A stretch of DNA of 21,319 bases from Fimbriimonadales bacterium (GTDB taxonomy: Bacteria; Armatimonadota; Fimbriimonadia; Fimbriimonadales; JABRVX01): assembly GCA_045862955.1 (NCBI GenBank), contig BTVI01000048.1:1-21319 (forward strand), written 5' to 3'. A model generated the notes under the pieces. The model made no database searches. It saw only the letters and a list, made by a program, of their open reading frames with translations, and was not told where the DNA came from. Of this stretch, positions 17,641 to 21,319 are shown one piece after another. The position numbers were made by a program, and so were the translations under genes. How positions within the stretch are numbered: the first letter of the stretch is position 1; each line of letters opens with the position of its first letter.

Positions 17641-18332
17641 AACTGGCCTGCATGCTGGTGCGCCGCAGCGCCGCGGCCTATGCGAACAACGAACTTCGCA
17701 ACGCTCGGTTGGCCTCGTTCATTCGAAACCACCTCGAGACGTGCCCCGAATGTGCCAGAGAGGTGGAGTCCTTCCGCGCGGTAGGTCGGCTGTTGGCCTC
17801 CACTCGGCCTAACGACGTTAGCCCGAGGGTTCAGTGGGACGATGTGCGCCGGACGATCCTGGCCCGACGGGAGGCGCAGCGTCAGCGCGCAGCCGTTGTG
17901 GCTACGGTGAGGCGCGGGGCCTCGATGGCACTAGTGTGCGGAGCCGCTGCCGTGGCGCTGTGGTTCGTGGGGCCGGCGCTGCGAGACGGGCTGAAGACGA
18001 CGGGCGGAAACGAGATCGTCGAGTCGCCCGGGCCGCCGCCTCCGACCGCCATCGCCGAGGCCAGTCCGCCTGCACCGCCGGTGCAGGAGCTTCGTCAGCC
18101 ACGCCTGGTCGAATCGAGCGGGGGACAGGGACAGGCTCCAAGCATGACTGCACCCGTCCGCACCGAACGCGTCACCTTGGGTGCAGAGCCGAAGGTGCCG
18201 GCCCCGATTGGCCCCGCAGCGGAGGGTCCCACACAGACCATCGCCGTGGAGCTCTCACCGAACGCGAATACGGGAGCGGTGGAAGCCGCTGTGGTGTCAC
18301 CTGATGAAGGCTCGCTACTTATCGATACTTAG
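17637..18332 (+). CDS. Zinc-binding (zf-HC2/ZAS) transmembrane anti-sigma factor
   Basis: HLETCPEC (HxxxCxxC), single TM, Pro-rich extracytoplasmic tail; ATGA overlap with the sigma gene. Confidence 0.85.
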   Translation: MKLACMLVRRSAAAYANNELRNARLASFIRNHLETCPECAREVESFRAVGRLLASTRPNDVSPRVQWDDVRRTILARREAQRQRAAVVATVRRGASMALVCGAAAVALWFVGPALRDGLKTTGGNEIVESPGPPPPTAIAEASPPAPPVQELRQPRLVESSGGQGQAPSMTAPVRTERVTLGAEPKVPAPIGPAAEGPTQTIAVELSPNANTGAVEAAVVSPDEGSLLIDT

Positions 18333-19344
18333 TCTCTTACTTCTCTCGGCGCTGCCGTTCGGCTCGTTCGCGCAGGACGAGGTGGGTCAATCGGTGGCCG
18401 CTTCGGCAGCCATCGAGAAGTGCGTCATCTCGGTCACCGCACGGCAACAGACGCGTTCCGGTCTCGGCGGCGGTCTGGTTCGCAGCGGTATTGGCGTGGT
18501 GGTTCGCGCGGATGGCATTGCGCTCGTTCCCGGAGAGCTATTCGTGTACGGCGTTCGCACCGACTCCGGCACCGCGGAGGAGTTGTACTGCCGACCGGAC
18601 CAGGTTACTGTCACCGTAACGGTTCCGGACCACGAGCCAATTCCGGCGCAGATGCTCGGGGCCGATCCGCGCACTCGACTTGCCAGCATCCGCCTTGCAT
18701 CTGTTCCCGCGTCGCTTTCGGTACTGCCTCTGCAGAGCACTCAGCGGGTTGCCGCAGATGCGTCTGCGCGCGTGATCCTCCCGGCTGCAGAGGCGATGCG
18801 GGCCGCTCTGCCTGGCTCCGAGGCGATTGGCGTGGACGCTCACACGAACCGCTTCCTGCCTCTCGTAGAGGTGCACCTCGAGCGTTCGGCTGTCGGGCTC
18901 AGTGGCGCCCCGGTTGTCAACTCTAAGGGACAGTTCGTGGGTCTGCTAAGAGCGCAGAAGACAAGTGCTCCCGGTGTGGAGTCACCATCGCGAGTTTGGT
19001 TCGCCCTGCCACCCAGTCTGGTCCAGCGTGTTGCAGAGGGCCTGGCACAACCGCCTTACGTCGTCAGGCACAGGTGGGTGGGGATCCAGTGTGATAACGC
19101 GCGCAGTCGTCCGGGTGCAGCTGTCGTAGGTGTCACTCTCGGTGGACCTGGGCAGCTTGCGGGCCTGATGATAGGCGACATCATCATCGAAGCGGGCGGC
19201 CTGCCAGTTCGCACGTCGGCGGACTTCGCAGGCGCCGTGTTCTCCCAACCGTTGGAGGGTTGGTTGCCCGTCACCGTGCTGCGCGGCGGCACGACGATGA
19301 AACTGCGTGTGAGAGTTGCCGCCGAACCCGCCCCCCGACGATAA
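18304..19344 (+). CDS. Exported HtrA/DegP-like (S1C) trypsin-fold + PDZ protein, catalytic triad apparently degenerate
   Basis: Signal peptide MKARYLSILSLLLLSALPFGSFA|Q (start 18304); GIGVVVRADG; GADPRTRLASIRL; GLSGAPVVNSKGQFVGL; PDZ WVGI...GPGQLAGLMIGDIII...VTVLRGG. Confidence 0.85.
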   Translation: MKARYLSILSLLLLSALPFGSFAQDEVGQSVAASAAIEKCVISVTARQQTRSGLGGGLVRSGIGVVVRADGIALVPGELFVYGVRTDSGTAEELYCRPDQVTVTVTVPDHEPIPAQMLGADPRTRLASIRLASVPASLSVLPLQSTQRVAADASARVILPAAEAMRAALPGSEAIGVDAHTNRFLPLVEVHLERSAVGLSGAPVVNSKGQFVGLLRAQKTSAPGVESPSRVWFALPPSLVQRVAEGLAQPPYVVRHRWVGIQCDNARSRPGAAVVGVTLGGPGQLAGLMIGDIIIEAGGLPVRTSADFAGAVFSQPLEGWLPVTVLRGGTTMKLRVRVAAEPAPRR

Positions 19345-19350
19345 GCCCCT

Positions 19351-19574
19351 TTTGGGAGTGCGCGAGCCTGCTCGCGCTGTAGTCCCCCTCTTGGACTGCG
19401 CGAGCAGGCTCGCGCTGTCGAGCGCTTCACCCACGTATTACCCCGAACACCCAACGTCTGAGACTGCGTCGATTTCTGGTTTAAACGCGCGAGCTGGCTG
19501 GCGCACTCCCAAAGCACCCACTCCCAAAGCACCGACTCCCAAAGCACCGACTCCCAAAGCACCCACTCCCAAAG
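19351..19574. repeat. Cluster of three GGAG-type REP-like palindromes plus 5 x 15-bp tandem repeat between convergent genes
   Basis: tttgggagt-gcgcgagc-ct-gctcgcgc at 19351; diverged copy at 19391; inverted copy at 19487-19513; actcccaaag at 19505, 19520, 19535, 19550, 19565. Confidence 0.9.
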
Positions 19575-19594
19575 GACCCCGAAGCGTCGAAACC

Positions 19595-20869
19595 CTACCC
19601 CGGTGGGATTCGATCCGTACCCAGGAACGGGCGAAGCGGCGGTGGTACGTAGATCGAGCCGTCCGGCTTTTGGTGGGTTTCCACGAAGGCAGCGAAGAGG
19701 CGCGGGCACGCCACACCCGATGCGTTCAGGGTGTGCACGTACTCCGGCTTGGCCCCTTGCTCCCTGCGGAAGCGAATCTGCGCGCGCCGGGCCTGAAAGG
19801 CCTCGAAGTTGCTGCACGAGCTAACCTCGAGGTACTTCCCTACCCCCGGCGCCCACACTTCCAGATCATAACACTTTGCGTTCGAGAAACCTAGCTCCGA
19901 GGCGCATAAGAGTGTTGTGCGGAAGTGCAGTTCCAGTCCCTGGAGCACTGCTCGTGCATCGTTCACGAGGCTCTCCAGCTCTGCATAGGACTCTTCCGGC
20001 TTGGTGAACTTCACCAGTTCGACTTTGTCGAACTGGTGCACGCGCAGCAGCCCCCGCGTGTCCTTGCCCGCCGCACCGGCCTCGCGTCGGAAACAAGCGG
20101 AGTAGGCGCACAACTTGGTAGGTAGCACGTCGGCTGTTAGTATCTCGCCCTGATATACGTTCGTGAGAGGGACCTCGGCAGTCGGCACCAAGAATAGGTC
20201 GTCGTCCGGCAGGCGATACATGTCGAACTCGAACTTCGGCAACTGGCCGGTCCCCGTCATCGCAGCGCGGTTGACGACGAACGGCACGAACATCTCGCGG
20301 TAGCCATGGGACCTGGTGTGCAAGTCCAGCATGTAGCTGAGCAGAGCCCACTCCAGTCGCGCCCCCCAGCCCGTGTACAGGATGAAGCCGCTCCCCGCCA
20401 GCTTTGCGCCTCGCGGGAAGTCCAGCATCCCGTTCCTCTCGCACAGGTCCCAGTGGGGCAATGGCTCGAAGTCGAAGACGGGCTTATCCCCGAACTCGGA
20501 GACTACGACATTGTCAAGCTCGCTTTCTCCATCGGGGGTCGTGTCACTAGGCAGGTTCGGGAGCAGCAATTCCAGCTCGTGAACGCGGGTTTCGAGCTCT
20601 CTTACCTTCTGCTCGCTCGCCGCGATCGTGTCTCCGAGGGACTTGGTTCGCGCGATAGCCTCCGAGGCGTCCTCGCCACGAGACTTCATGGCGCCGATTT
20701 CCTTACTGGCCTTCTGCAGATCCGCGCGCATAGCATCCAATTCGGTTTTCAGACGGCGCCATTCGGCATCTGCGGCTAGGAACTCATCGAGGGGCGCATC
20801 CATTCGCTTGCGCGCATGACCCCTGCGCACCCGCTCGGGGTCTTCGCGAACCAGTGCACGATCCAACAT
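19595..20869 (-). CDS. serS: Serine--tRNA ligase
   Basis: N-terminal coiled-coil arm, TGQLPKF, LVPTAEVPL, CFRREAGAAGKDTRGLLRVHQFDKVE, EVSSCSNFEAFQARR, HTLNASG. Confidence 0.99.
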   Translation of the reverse strand: MLDRALVREDPERVRRGHARKRMDAPLDEFLAADAEWRRLKTELDAMRADLQKASKEIGAMKSRGEDASEAIARTKSLGDTIAASEQKVRELETRVHELELLLPNLPSDTTPDGESELDNVVVSEFGDKPVFDFEPLPHWDLCERNGMLDFPRGAKLAGSGFILYTGWGARLEWALLSYMLDLHTRSHGYREMFVPFVVNRAAMTGTGQLPKFEFDMYRLPDDDLFLVPTAEVPLTNVYQGEILTADVLPTKLCAYSACFRREAGAAGKDTRGLLRVHQFDKVELVKFTKPEESYAELESLVNDARAVLQGLELHFRTTLLCASELGFSNAKCYDLEVWAPGVGKYLEVSSCSNFEAFQARRAQIRFRREQGAKPEYVHTLNASGVACPRLFAAFVETHQKPDGSIYVPPPLRPFLGTDRIPPG

Positions 20870-20876
20870 GGCAGGG

Positions 20877-20882
20877 AGTATA
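20877..20882 (-). promoter_or_regulatory. Putative -10 box for a leaderless serS transcript
   Basis: Minus strand TATACT 7 nt upstream of the ATG; no SD in between. Confidence 0.55.
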
Positions 20883-20894
20883 CCGAAGCTTCGG

Positions 20895-21125
20895 TTAGGC
20901 GTCGGGGCGGGCAGAAGGCTCGATCTCGATTAGGGCGGCGGCACGAGTGTCGAGGGCGACACGCGTTTGCCCCACCTGCACCACGATAGACGGGAATCTC
21001 TGGTCCACCCGAAGCACTGCACCGGGACGTATTCCGAAGGCCATCAGCTTTCGCCAGTGTCCGCCCTCGTCACTCACCCGCGTCACGCGAGCGGTCTGGC
21101 CGGTTGGTAGCTCGTCCAAGCGCAT
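20895..21125 (-). CDS. feoA: FeoA family ferrous iron transport protein A
   Basis: 76 aa MRLDELPTGQTARV...RKLMAFGIRPGAVLRV..RFPSIVVQVGQTRVALD..AA.IEI; start reassigned to ATG 21125. Confidence 0.9.
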   Translation of the reverse strand: MRLDELPTGQTARVTRVSDEGGHWRKLMAFGIRPGAVLRVDQRFPSIVVQVGQTRVALDTRAAALIEIEPSARPDA

Positions 21126-21129
21126 TCGC

Positions 21130-21318
21130 CTAGTCTTCGGCGTCCCGGCGCCCGGTCCTGGAGCCGATCCCTGCTCGCGACAGGAGCTCCCGCAACTTGC
21201 CGACCCAAGCGGGCTCTTGGGGCTGTTCGTAGCCGCAGTATGGGCATTTGACAAGGTGGCAACCACCGAAGTGGCCGCAGCCGTGGCAAGCTGTCTCCGC
21301 TTGCCGGTCCGAGAAGCC
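21130..21318 (-). CDS. Small Cys-rich (zinc-ribbon/Fe-binding) protein upstream of feoA; 5' end outside the window
   Basis: Not in the ORF track. Manual translation gives GFSDRQAETACHGCGHFGGCHLVKCPYCGYEQPQEPAWVGKLRELL...ED*, with the stop 4 nt before the feoA ATG. Confidence 0.75.
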   Translation of the reverse strand, partial: GFSDRQAETACHGCGHFGGCHLVKCPYCGYEQPQEPAWVGKLRELLSRAGIGSRTGRRDAED

Positions 21319-21319
21319 A

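Noticed and set aside
19316..19894. ORF with PKAPT repeats, and the opposite-strand VLWE/GVGAL repeat ORFs
   Set aside because: Products of the 15-bp tandem repeat; they overlap serS or the HtrA-like gene.

Overview
High-GC bacterial chromosomal window, probably Armatimonadota. The taxonomy is an inference from the combination of a DUF1559-like prepilin protein, a PEP-CTERM protein and the housekeeping context. Left to right: a partial amidohydrolase, prepilin-like protein, MacB-type permease and membrane-fusion protein (minus strand); a bi-domain oxidoreductase and rplU-rpmA; a PEP-CTERM beta-propeller-like protein and a frameshifted PQQ-like propeller gene; an SplB/Rv2578c-like radical SAM gene; a 1.4-kb non-coding composite palindromic repeat array; a pseudopilin-like protein and M42 peptidase; a secreted tandem-Ig protein; an ECF sigma / zinc anti-sigma / degenerate HtrA-like trio; a second REP cluster; serS; feoA; and a partial Cys-rich feo-associated ORF. 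I recognised no CRISPR array, tRNA, rRNA, integrase or transposase. The most unusual features are (i) the hierarchical REP/REPIN-like array with a dispersed inverted copy 4 kb away, (ii) 15-bp tandem duplications of the tag end in two unrelated REP families, (iii) a probable pseudo-protease in the ECF operon, (iv) a staggered cysteine pattern suggesting inter-domain disulfides in the Ig protein, and (v) a 1-nt frameshift splitting the PQQ-like gene. All family calls are motif recognition by eye; no searches were run.
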